Made by a program: the position numbers and the translations under genes. A stretch of 64,000 bases of DNA from an uncultured virus (IMG/VR IMGVR_UViG_3300000868_000017) (lineage: Duplodnaviria > Heunggongvirae > Uroviricota > Caudoviricetes > Thumleimavirales > Hafunaviridae), in the IMG/VR virus record IMGVR_UViG_3300000868_000017; one strand, given 5' to 3'. Under the pieces are notes generated by a model that made no database searches, was not told the origin of the DNA, and was given only the letters and a program-made list of their open reading frames with translations. Positions 38,217 to 46,891 of the stretch are shown piece after piece. Every line of letters starts with the position of its first letter. Within the stretch, counting starts at the first letter, position 1.

Positions 38217-38480
38217 TCACCGTCGCACCAGCAGGGTAGAACCGCCCACCCTTCGCCCCCGGTTACGCCGGGGAATCGCACATTGATCGCTGAGAACCTG
38301 CTCGGAGGGCCTGAAATTGTAGTGAAGCCCGCCGACCATACCGATTACCGGCTCGCCAAGGTAGAATGCGAGATCGTCGTACAGATCAACGTCCATATGA
38401 GCCTCCTGCTCGCTCCACGTCTGAACGGTCGCGTCCCGAACAAGCGCGTAGCCAGCGGAGAATGGTTCAAGTTCCGCCAT
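38217..38480 (-). CDS. Hypothetical protein (possibly DUF5802-like)
   Basis: LEPFSAGY N-terminus; overlaps the end of the terS candidate. Confidence 0.55.
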   Translation of the reverse strand: MAELEPFSAGYALVRDATVQTWSEQEAHMDVDLYDDLAFYLGEPVIGMVGGLHYNFRPSEQVLSDQCAIPRRNRGRRVGGSTLLVRR

Positions 38481-39246
38481 CTTCGTCCTCGAATATGTCG
38501 TCGTCGGGGTCGAACTCCCGGTCGGAGTTGTCCCCACCGAGAACAGCCTCCGCCGCGACAGCGGCGAGCTGTTCCGTTGCGCTGGCGGCCTTCTCGTCCG
38601 TGTCCATCTTCGCCGCCTCCTTCGGCGTCAGCCCAAGTTCCTTCATAATGTCCAGAATGAGCTTCTGCTTGAGGCGGAGGTCTTCGGAGAGGCCGTGCGC
38701 GTCTGTGATAACGCGAAGGTTCCCGTTCTCGTCGTACACTTCCTGCCTGTCCATCTCACCCTCGTCGAGGATGTATTCGGACGACCGGGCTACTCGAACA
38801 CGAGCAATCGCCGCCTGCTCAAGCAGATCGTGGCGAGCGGGGTCTTCCTCCTTGGACGGCCAGCCATAAGCGTCCGCCCACGACATTACGAAGTCGTAGA
38901 GCCGCTGGTCGTCCTCGGTGAAAACCTCCTCTAAGTGTTCGTCAGTAGCGTACATTCCGTGTTTGAGTGCCGCGAGAAGTTCGAGATTGTCGTTGTTGCC
39001 GTTCGCGTTCTGATTCGCGCCGTGAAATCGGCACGAGTGAGCGTGCCCACCCTCATCGAGGCGGGCTACTCGGTTACTGCAATATCGTGTTGACCCGTCA
39101 TAGTCCTCGGGCTGTTTCCCGATTCGTGTGAGGCAGTAAGCAGTATCGAAAGGAATCCCCTTCTCGGCCTTCGGTGTCTGAAGATACTCGTGGCGTAACT
39201 CCGCGAGTTCCTGCACCGTGTAGCCGGTTACTTCTGCCTGAGCCAT
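38467..39246 (-). CDS. Putative terminase small subunit
   Basis: First late gene; C...C...CRFHG and KHGMYA motifs; ELGLTP tail. Confidence 0.65.
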   Translation of the reverse strand: MAQAEVTGYTVQELAELRHEYLQTPKAEKGIPFDTAYCLTRIGKQPEDYDGSTRYCSNRVARLDEGGHAHSCRFHGANQNANGNNDNLELLAALKHGMYATDEHLEEVFTEDDQRLYDFVMSWADAYGWPSKEEDPARHDLLEQAAIARVRVARSSEYILDEGEMDRQEVYDENGNLRVITDAHGLSEDLRLKQKLILDIMKELGLTPKEAAKMDTDEKAASATEQLAAVAAEAVLGGDNSDREFDPDDDIFEDEDGGT

Positions 39247-39454
39247 TGTGTTGTACGTAAAGTGATTCACCGCATCGAGTCGTTTTCCTCTAACTCGGGT
39301 TAGAAAGAGTAGAAACTCAGGTAGAGAAAGGAAAGTACCTGAGTCAAAACCGACGTAAAACAGAACCAGAGAGAAGAATCTGAGTCACCAGCTCAGAATC
39401 CAGAGAAGAAAGCCATCGGTAGGAGGTCTTCGTCGTCGCTTCACTCCTACACTC

Positions 39455-39479
39455 CTATTAATGGTAAAGGGTTTATATA
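39455..39479 (-). promoter_or_regulatory. Putative late promoter (class B), copy 1
   Basis: TATATAAACCCTTTACCATTAATAG upstream of the packaging/head operon. Confidence 0.75.
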
Positions 39480-39553
39480 GGAAGGGGGGTGTTCAAATAC
39501 TACTTGTCAACTAAGAGGATAGATAAACGGACAGTATCTGATCACGATTGGAG

Positions 39554-40156
39554 TTATGTAGACTGTGGTTCCATCATATCCATCATTTCATTCCAAGCGC
39601 TCTCGCGATCAGAAACAGTAAACAATTCGGGTATTCGTGCGGTGTTCTGCGCTTCTTCGACCTTCTTTCGTGCCCGAGCCGCGTGACTACGGACGGTTCC
39701 AATCTCTATATCGAGTGCCCCTGAAATTATCTCCTCGTTTGTCTGTCCTTCCTTCATGAGATACACCAAAAATTGCTTTTTCGTGAGTGAAGACGACTCA
39801 AATAATTCTCGGTACAAGTCACAGTAATTGTCGTAGAACTCTTGTGCGAACTCTCTTGCAATTGAGATCAGCCTTGGCGGGTGAAATCCGCTGACCTTAT
39901 CGGGAGTCTTGCTCGGTACAAGAACATATCCGTCTGTGTCAGGTACGGTTCCTTCTGTCGGTGTAAACGCATCAGTCTTGAAAGATGATTCGCGCAACAC
40001 CTCTAATTTATCATCCTTGTCGTCGTGATCTTCCCAATCGTCGACGGTATATTCAAGCGCCATCTTGGAAATATTACTGTTTACTTTGGGGTGTCCATCT
40101 TGGAGAAGAATCACCAAGTCCTTCGGAGTGAGCGTATCTGATTCGTGTTCTACCAT
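39554..40156 (-). CDS. Protein with C-terminal sigma-r4/LuxR-like HTH
   Basis: LT-x-KQ...EEI-x-x-x-L-x-I-x-x-GTVRSH-x-x-RAR-x-K; AT-richer than flanks. Confidence 0.7.
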   Translation of the reverse strand: MVEHESDTLTPKDLVILLQDGHPKVNSNISKMALEYTVDDWEDHDDKDDKLEVLRESSFKTDAFTPTEGTVPDTDGYVLVPSKTPDKVSGFHPPRLISIAREFAQEFYDNYCDLYRELFESSSLTKKQFLVYLMKEGQTNEEIISGALDIEIGTVRSHAARARKKVEEAQNTARIPELFTVSDRESAWNEMMDMMEPQST

Positions 40157-40360
40157 TCTATTACAATATACGTAATAGCAGGCACTTATATGTTGGGTGA
40201 GATTCCGTTCTCATAGTGCCTATTCAGCGACCAGCAATACCGAGCGGAGATCTGGTTGAAAACTCAGATACTCTTCACAGATTTTCTATGCGTCTGAATC
40301 GCACACTAAGAAGAAGTTTGAGCGATAAGTCTTAATACCACGACTCTCTCCTAAACAGGT

Positions 40361-40807
40361 ATGCCTGACCCGGTACACAGTCACCATGTTGCGGTTGATG
40401 AAGGACATGATCTGCTTAGCCGGGGAGCGCACGACACGAGAGGGCCGGGTTCTCTCACCGTGTCAGTAATCAACGAACTATCTGCCCTCCTCGACGTAGA
40501 CCCTACGAAAGAGCCAATTTATCTGGAAGACTGCATCGACGCGGATTGGCTCGACCAGCTCCCCAACCGAGATACCGTCCACGGATGCAATAACACCGGA
40601 GTCGCCTTCCACTACGGAGACTACAAGGTGTTCTGCTGTTCCTGCGGCAAGATCGCCGTGTATGGCGACCTCGAAATGCACGAGAAAGGCGAGATGGTGA
40701 CTCCCCACTCGATGAGTAACATCACACCAGAGAGAACCGAAGTAGAAATCCCCGATCATATCCGACACAAGAGGCCGTCCACCAGAGGCTCACCACCCGC
40801 CGACTAA
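40361..40807 (+). CDS. HalOD1 output-domain protein
   Basis: SL-x-x-x-VI-x-x-LS-x-x-x-x-VDP...L-x-D-x-ID-x-D-x-LD-x-L...V-x-F-x-Y pattern. Confidence 0.7.
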   Translation: MPDPVHSHHVAVDEGHDLLSRGAHDTRGPGSLTVSVINELSALLDVDPTKEPIYLEDCIDADWLDQLPNRDTVHGCNNTGVAFHYGDYKVFCCSCGKIAVYGDLEMHEKGEMVTPHSMSNITPERTEVEIPDHIRHKRPSTRGSPPAD

Positions 40808-40999
40808 TCCCAGTCGTGTTCTCCCAAGAGAAAGGAGAACTCCTCTCCAAGAAACACGTAGTGGCCGTCCACACCAGCTCGTCCCCGCCACCCGACCTGA
40901 GAAGCAAAAACCGATTTTTCTAACCTCAGAGGTGAAAATTCTGAGAGCTACTTACTAAAGCTCGTGTGCGGAATGTGCCTTAATGTTCTAACCGCCTGT

Positions 41000-41490
41000 T
41001 CGTCCCTCGGCCCGGTCGTTGGGGCTTGTACCTGCTGATATGTGCGTTGTTGGCCGCCCTACGCGCGGGCGGCGTGCCTGCCTGTTCGTCTCCGGTCGGC
41101 CCCCGCCCCGTCCCTACTGGGGCCGGTCGGCCCGTCCCGTCCGTCCCGTCCGTCCCGGTCGGCCCGTCCCTCTCGATCTCACTCACGGCCCGCCCCGTCC
41201 CGTCCGTCCCGTCCCGTCTCTCGGGCCTACTGGGGCCGTCTCACGCCCCGCGCGGGCCGTCTCTCCCCCTCTCGGGCCGTCCATACGGGCCGTTATCCGG
41301 TATCTCCCCGCCCCTGAAAACGCCGCGTTCGGCAAGTACGGGGGCCGTCCCGTCCGTCTCTCCTATGTCCGTCCGTCTCCCGTCCCGTCCCGCGCGTTCC
41401 GTCTCTCGCGTTCCGGCCCGCGTTCTCCCTGTTTGTACGTTGTGGGCCGTCTCCCGTCCGTCCGTGGGTGTTTCGGCGCTTTCGCCGTCT
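41000..41490. repeat. Strand-asymmetric CCGTC/CCCGT-rich repeat block
   Basis: Roughly two dozen CCGTC units and six GGGCCGT; very few A on the + strand. Confidence 0.85.
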
Positions 41491-41759
41491 CATTTAATAA
41501 ATCTCTTTGCCGGTATTGTTTACCCGCTATATTACCACATCGAGGCTTGTATTCCCCGCGTTCGACAATCTCGAACTTTTACCTTTATATGTATAATCAC
41601 TACTAAAATCTATCAGGTTACAATACTTGCCGGTTATTTTTATTATGTCGGTGAAACTATATCCGCCTATTGTCCCGTCTACCTTCTGTCTACGCTGGAT
41701 TAATAGTATATAATGATTATACACCCGTCACTTATATATACCCCCCGGATGCTTGGTAT

Positions 41760-43165
41760 AGATGTCGCTCGGTGAAAGCGGCCCGCCCCGGATTGATGTT
41801 ATCCGGGGCGGTCGGCCCCCTGAAATGGGCCGGGGGATATACTCCCCGGCGTTAAAGGCCCGGAAACCCCGGAAAACCGGCTTAAGTCCCGGTATCGGGG
41901 GCGTTGCCATATGCGCCCCCCGTTGGAGGTTTTCGTTAGCACGTTGCCACCTTCAAACGGAATTACCGCTAATCTCCCCTCGAACGGTCGGGGGCGGGTA
42001 AGTAGGCCAGTAGGTAGAATCTCCCCGTTTCGGCCCCTGTTTCGGGCCGACCGGAGAGACGGAACTACGGGCCGAATTGACCCTTACGAAATGTAGGAGA
42101 CGGGGCCGGAAACGGCCCGTCTTTCACGGTGAAACGGCCCTTAGGGGCCGAAAACCCCGGCGTGGAAGCCGGGGCCGGGATTCTTAGTAAGGTCGTTAGT
42201 ACGGAAACGTCGGATTAACCGACAATTCCCCGAGAGACGGGGAGATAACCGGGAAACGGCCCGAAACGGCCCGAAACCACATAGGCCCGTCTTAGTACGG
42301 GGGAGATTTACCGGCCCTACGGGGCCGGGGCGGGAAAGAGGGGGCCGGTCGGACGAAACGATATGTGATCGAGAAATCCGGCCCGGCCCCTGATACGACA
42401 AAGGAAAGGCCCCGAATGCGCCCGGAGATAACCTCAAAGGTAGCATAGTTCGGCCCCGAACGCCTTTCCCGGTGTTACGTTTGAAGTACGGCCCGAACGG
42501 GACGGCCCGCGAAAGCGGCCCCGTCCCGGTATGTAGGCCCGAAACCGGAAAGCGGCTTTCCGGGGAGTATTTTCAGGTGATAGGGGGAGTATGGCCCGGA
42601 CAAAGAGCGTCCCTTAGGGCAAAGAGTGACGAAAATAGACACATCGAGCGATTAACGTCTCGAAACTGTCGAACCAGATGTATTAGATACATCTATGGAA
42701 ACGTGAATCCCACCCACTTTCGGATGCGGTTACGGTTAAAACAATAGGCGCTTAGCCTATGGAACGAAAGTCTATGCCATAAACAGGTTCGTAGGGAGAA
42801 GTACGTAGTAGTCAAGAGCGAATGCTCATAGCGATTAACGCGAAAGACTCTTTGAGATTTGAAACTCCGCATAGCGAGCAGATCGCACAGCGTAGCGTAT
42901 AGCAATCGGCTTTGAGGGGTAAGTGTCACACTTAATTCGCTCGTTCGTATGTTCGGCCCGTCCCGTAAGGGACGGGGAAGGATAGACGTAAAGGTTCCAG
43001 CGACAGCCAACCCCGAATTGACGGGGGCTTGAGGCTTTACGGGGCTAAGCCCCGTGCTAAGCAACCACGACTTGAGTGAGTGAGAGTCATCTCTCTCCTT
43101 GAGTCGGAATGGGGGGTTTGGTGCTTCCCCTTCGGAAAGTAGCACTAAGTGACACCCAACGAACT
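41760..43165 (+). ncRNA. Candidate large structured non-coding RNA or very long leader
   Basis: No credible ORF; more than 15 GC-rich hairpins, several with GAAA, GTAA, cTACGg or cTTCGg loops; TTATATAT at 41732. Confidence 0.5.
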
Positions 43166-44059
43166 ATGTCTGTGAAAGTCAACAGCGACGGCGACTTCGT
43201 TGAGAATACGGTGAGCAAGATCGGCGCTAACCCTGTTAGTGACCTCTACGACCTTCTCCAGAAGGACGACTACTCCGTGGTGAGCCTCGCTCACGAGGTT
43301 CGCAAAGCGTTCGGAGAGGATTCTGTGAAGAAGGGCGGCGAGAGTGAAATCGCTAAGTGGTGTGAAGCGCCCCGGAATGTGAACCTGATCGAGCCGTGCG
43401 AGGCTAACGATAGCGACGGCTCTCTCGGGAGAGCGTTCTACCTTTCCACCGACTACACCGCCAACGACTACAACGCCTTTAGTGGCAAGTACGACTCCTT
43501 AAAGGAGGAAAACGGCGGGTTCGGTGTGAAGCCACTTGCCGAAGCGGATGAGTTCCAGCGTGAGCTACTGCTCTCGGAGGAAATCATCGAGGCAAGTGAC
43601 ACCGTGATGGTTCCCATCAACAGCGACGGGGAGCCGATTGTCCCGGTAGTGGCAAGTGAAGGTCGTCAAGAGGCGGCGGAAGGCTTCGAGGTCGGGAGTG
43701 TCCCGACTTACGAGGAAGCCGAGGAACGCCTCAAGACCCTTCTGAGTGACTACTTCGGAGAAGTCGAAGTCGATGAGACGGCGGAATCGAACGATAAGAG
43801 CAACAGCGGCGGCGACGGCGAGAGTGACACCGGCCTCGATCTTCCCGAGGAACTATTCGACCCTACGGAAGTGAAGGGTATCGGGAACAAGTACGGTGAG
43901 GCTCTGCTGGTTCACATCGTAGAGAATCAGATCAGTCTCAACTGGGAAGACTACGAGGGACACGTCGAACTTCCCGAGCCGGAGGTTCCCGACGTGAGTG
44001 AGATGAGCCAGCGCGAGAAGGACGCCCTTCTTCAGCAGTTGCTCGAAAACTCCGAGTAA
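43166..44059 (+). CDS. First early protein, acidic, with HhH-like motif
   Basis: EVKGIGNKY motif; ATG downstream of GTGACACC. Confidence 0.75.
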   Translation: MSVKVNSDGDFVENTVSKIGANPVSDLYDLLQKDDYSVVSLAHEVRKAFGEDSVKKGGESEIAKWCEAPRNVNLIEPCEANDSDGSLGRAFYLSTDYTANDYNAFSGKYDSLKEENGGFGVKPLAEADEFQRELLLSEEIIEASDTVMVPINSDGEPIVPVVASEGRQEAAEGFEVGSVPTYEEAEERLKTLLSDYFGEVEVDETAESNDKSNSGGDGESDTGLDLPEELFDPTEVKGIGNKYGEALLVHIVENQISLNWEDYEGHVELPEPEVPDVSEMSQREKDALLQQLLENSE

Positions 44060-44088
44060 GGCGCAAAGACTCAAAGACGCTTCAATAA

Positions 44089-44160
44089 TCCTTAGTGGCG
44101 ACACCGGGGTTCGACTCCCCGGAAGGGCCTCGGTAGCAACGGCTACCACGAGTGACACCT
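44089..44160 (+). ncRNA. Anticodon-less tRNA-like element, copy 1
   Basis: TCCTT/AAGGG stem, AGTGGCG linker, CCGGGG-TTCGACT-CCCCGG arm, GGTAGC/GCTACC hairpin. Confidence 0.7.
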
Positions 44161-44298
44161 ATGGAACGACGAGAGCGATACCCACGACGTAGCGGCGGCG
44201 CTGGCAGTCTCACGAACCCCCTTAGCGACGAGGATTATCGACGTGAGATGGACAAGTTAGCGGCGCTCAACGCGGCGGATAGTGAGGAGAGCGAGTAA
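44161..44298 (+). CDS. Small hypothetical protein (45 aa)
   Basis: ATG right after the RNA element; TAATG coupling to the next gene. Confidence 0.55.
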   Translation: MERRERYPRRSGGAGSLTNPLSDEDYRREMDKLAALNAADSEESE

Positions 44299-44627
44299 TG
44301 TTCTCCCCGAGGCTCGGGACGGTACGAACCTCCCAACGGGAGGAAGAAAACCAATGGAGCCACCGCGCTGACCTCAAGATCGACCAGAGGCATCGAGCCT
44401 TCGGAGCGGTAGTTGAGGAACGACGCGAGGGAGAACTGCTCGAAGGAGAGGAACTTGCTGAGTTTATCGGATGGACTCCTGACCCGAGTGAGATTCATCC
44501 CCACCACGAGAAAACGTCGGAGCCTGAGGAATACGAAGGCTCCGGCCTGACCGACGACGAGATCGAGGCGAAGAAGAAGGCCGAGAAGTACCGGCGGCGC
44601 TACTCCGAATACCACGACAGCGAGTGA
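44298..44627 (+). CDS. Hypothetical protein
   Basis: Coupled acidic ORF. Confidence 0.65.
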   Translation: MFSPRLGTVRTSQREEENQWSHRADLKIDQRHRAFGAVVEERREGELLEGEELAEFIGWTPDPSEIHPHHEKTSEPEEYEGSGLTDDEIEAKKKAEKYRRRYSEYHDSE

Positions 44628-44983
44628 CAACTATGAACGAGACACCGACTTTCAGCCGAGACGCAAGGAACTACGAATACGACCCTCTTTCTCACGGAGG
44701 GAACCGGCGGCGGGAGCGACGGATTCCGATGAGTGCGATTGACCAAGCGATTGAGAATGGTGAGGCACACCTCGGTCGCAAAGGACGGGTTCTCTTAGAG
44801 ACTCGATGGAGCGGCCAGCTCATCACGGTAGTCATCGACCCGAGGGATGAGTCGATCATCACGACCTACCGAGGGACGGGGAAGAAGCTCAAGAGCCTTC
44901 AGAAGCAGGAGCAACGACGCAAAGAACGGCAGAAGAAGATTCGAGAGGGCCGGGGAGCGGCATATACCGGCGCTTGGATGTAA
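44624..44983 (+). CDS. DUF4258-like (RelE-fold) basic protein
   Basis: SH-x-x-x-R-x-x-ER-x-I...I-x-x-AI-x-x-G...VV...IIT-x-Y pattern. Confidence 0.6.
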   Translation: MTTMNETPTFSRDARNYEYDPLSHGGNRRRERRIPMSAIDQAIENGEAHLGRKGRVLLETRWSGQLITVVIDPRDESIITTYRGTGKKLKSLQKQEQRRKERQKKIREGRGAAYTGAWM

Positions 44984-45195
44984 ACAGCAAAGACTTAATA
45001 CAGCAACGTTGTCTCTTAGAGTGAGGAACTTTTCGGGGACAACGATTCGATGCGAGTAACCCCAAATGAAACGACCACATTCCCTGAAACCGGACTGTAA
45101 CTGCTGGTACTGTGACTTAGAACGAGCCAAGCGAGCCGATCATCGACGAGGTTACAATCGGCTCTAAAGACTCAAGTAAGCAACTCTAATCCTTT

Positions 45196-45268
45196 GCTCC
45201 GAGTGGCGGAAACTACGGTTCGACTCCGTAGCGGAGCCTCTGGTAGTGAAAACTACCGGGTGACACCG
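45196..45268 (+). ncRNA. Anticodon-less tRNA-like element, copy 2
   Basis: GCTCCG/CGGAGC stem, AGTGGCG linker, CTACGG-TTCGACT-CCGTAG arm, GGTAGT-GAAA-ACTACC hairpin. Confidence 0.72.
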
Positions 45269-45562
45269 ATGGCAGTAGCAGAAAAGACACCAACGACAGA
45301 TCGACGCATCGACCTAAGCGAAGAAGACCTCGAAAAGAAGATCGGAGACTACGCTTACCGACTCCGCAAGGCTTCGGTGGCGAGGTACTACGAGGAACCC
45401 CAATCGTGGGGAGGGATTGACGTAATCCCGAGTGAGGAAGAATACCTGATTCTCGGCATCGACGGGGAGTGGCGAGAGCCGATTCCCCGAGAGGAACAGG
45501 CTATCGAGCAACTTGTGGCGCTGTTCGACTCGGCGCTGGAAAAGGCCCTGAGCGACCTTTAG
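45269..45562 (+). CDS. Hypothetical protein
   Basis: ATG right after the RNA element (MAVAEK...). Confidence 0.65.
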   Translation: MAVAEKTPTTDRRIDLSEEDLEKKIGDYAYRLRKASVARYYEEPQSWGGIDVIPSEEEYLILGIDGEWREPIPREEQAIEQLVALFDSALEKALSDL

Positions 45563-45568
45563 AGAACG

Positions 45569-46891
45569 ATGTACGACAACTACTACCCCGACTTCCACGA
45601 CCCGGAGATGAACGACGACGCAAGTTACGACGACCGCGACGAACCCGGCTTCGATATGGACGAGCTGGACGGCTTCAACAACCCGATGGAGAAGGTGGCT
45701 CACCTATGAGCAACGCCGTAGAAATCGACCGGCTGGCGTTAGCGACTCTTGCCGATGAAGTGAGTGAGGCGCTGAAGAACTGTGGCCGGGATTATCGAGA
45801 GACGGCGGCTGGCTACCAGCTTGCTGAGGCTCTTGATGAGGCATACTCGGCCCTCGATTACGAACCAGACTATGAGCGGTGATATTCTTGCCCAACGAAT
45901 CCGCCGAGAGCGATACCGAGAGTGGAAGCGACGACGAGAGCAACGCGACTCCCTTCCTGAAGATCGACCCGAGGGATGGCGGGAGCGACGACGACGAACC
46001 ACCAGCGGCGGGAGCCGTGATGGTTTCGAGGAAACCGAGCGGCCCCAAGCTGAGCTTGGCTCCTACGGCGGAACCGAACCACGAAGCGAAGCCTGAGGTT
46101 GTGACAATATGAACGAGTACCACCTAATCGACCCGACAGAACCATACTTCGATGTTGGAAAAACCGGCGTTCAGTTCGATATTATCGAGTCCTTCCCCAC
46201 GAAGGAAGCGGCGGAACACGTCCTCGAAGCAAACCACGGACTCCAAATCATCAAGGGATGAGTCTCGAAAAGCACCTCATAGACCGGCTGAAGGAGGACT
46301 TGGACGTATTCGCCGCTGAGTATGCGGTGGATGAAGACGATGACCTCGATGCGATTTTCGCGGCGACAGACCTTCTCGAAGAAGACCTCGATGGTCGCTG
46401 GATTATCTACGAGAACTTCACCGCTGACACCGAGGGTTATCCCCGTGCTGTGGTGGAGATCGAGGTGTTCACCGATGCGAAGGAATCGGAGTTCGAGCAA
46501 GCGGAAGCGGTCTACCAAGCAGGATACGCATAATGGATATTCTGGAAATCGCGGTTCAAGAAGTGATGGCAGAGGACGACGACTACGTGAAGCCCGGCAC
46601 GGTCTACGAGACGCCGAACGGCCACTACATCGTGGAGTGAGAATGTCAGTTATTGGATTCACCGACCACCCGACGAGAGAGAATCGCTACGAGATCATAG
46701 TCACCGCCGAATCGGACGTGGATGCCGTCGTAGCGTTCAACGAGGCGTTTGACGACGACGAGAACTACACCGAAGCCTACGACGTTCACCAATACGACTC
46801 CGAGACATTTGGTGTGTTCTTCTGGTCGGAAGACCCGATAGACACCGACGAAGAACCGCTGGTTCTCCCCATCGAGGAGGTCGAAGCATAA
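45569..46891 (+). other. Run of short coupled early ORFs (45569-45709, 45706-45882, 45879-46112, 46109-46261, 46258-46533, 46643-46891)
   Basis: Acidic ORFs chained by ATGA/TAATG overlaps; no recognisable families. Confidence 0.6.

Noticed and set aside
41000..42600. CRISPR array
   Set aside because: Repeats are 5-10 nt and irregularly spaced; no repeat-spacer period and no cas genes.
40980..43145. ORFs called in the repeat and hairpin region (41019-41606, 41026-41703, 42141-42446, 42693-43145)
   Set aside because: Pro/Arg/Gly-rich translations of low-complexity GC DNA, unlike the acidic proteins elsewhere.
41760..43165. Known large RNA (rRNA, RNase P, SRP, group I/II intron)
   Set aside because: I could not find their hallmark sequences by eye (RNase P GAGGAAAGTCC, SRP helix 8, group II domain V) and no gene is interrupted; an Rfam scan is still needed.
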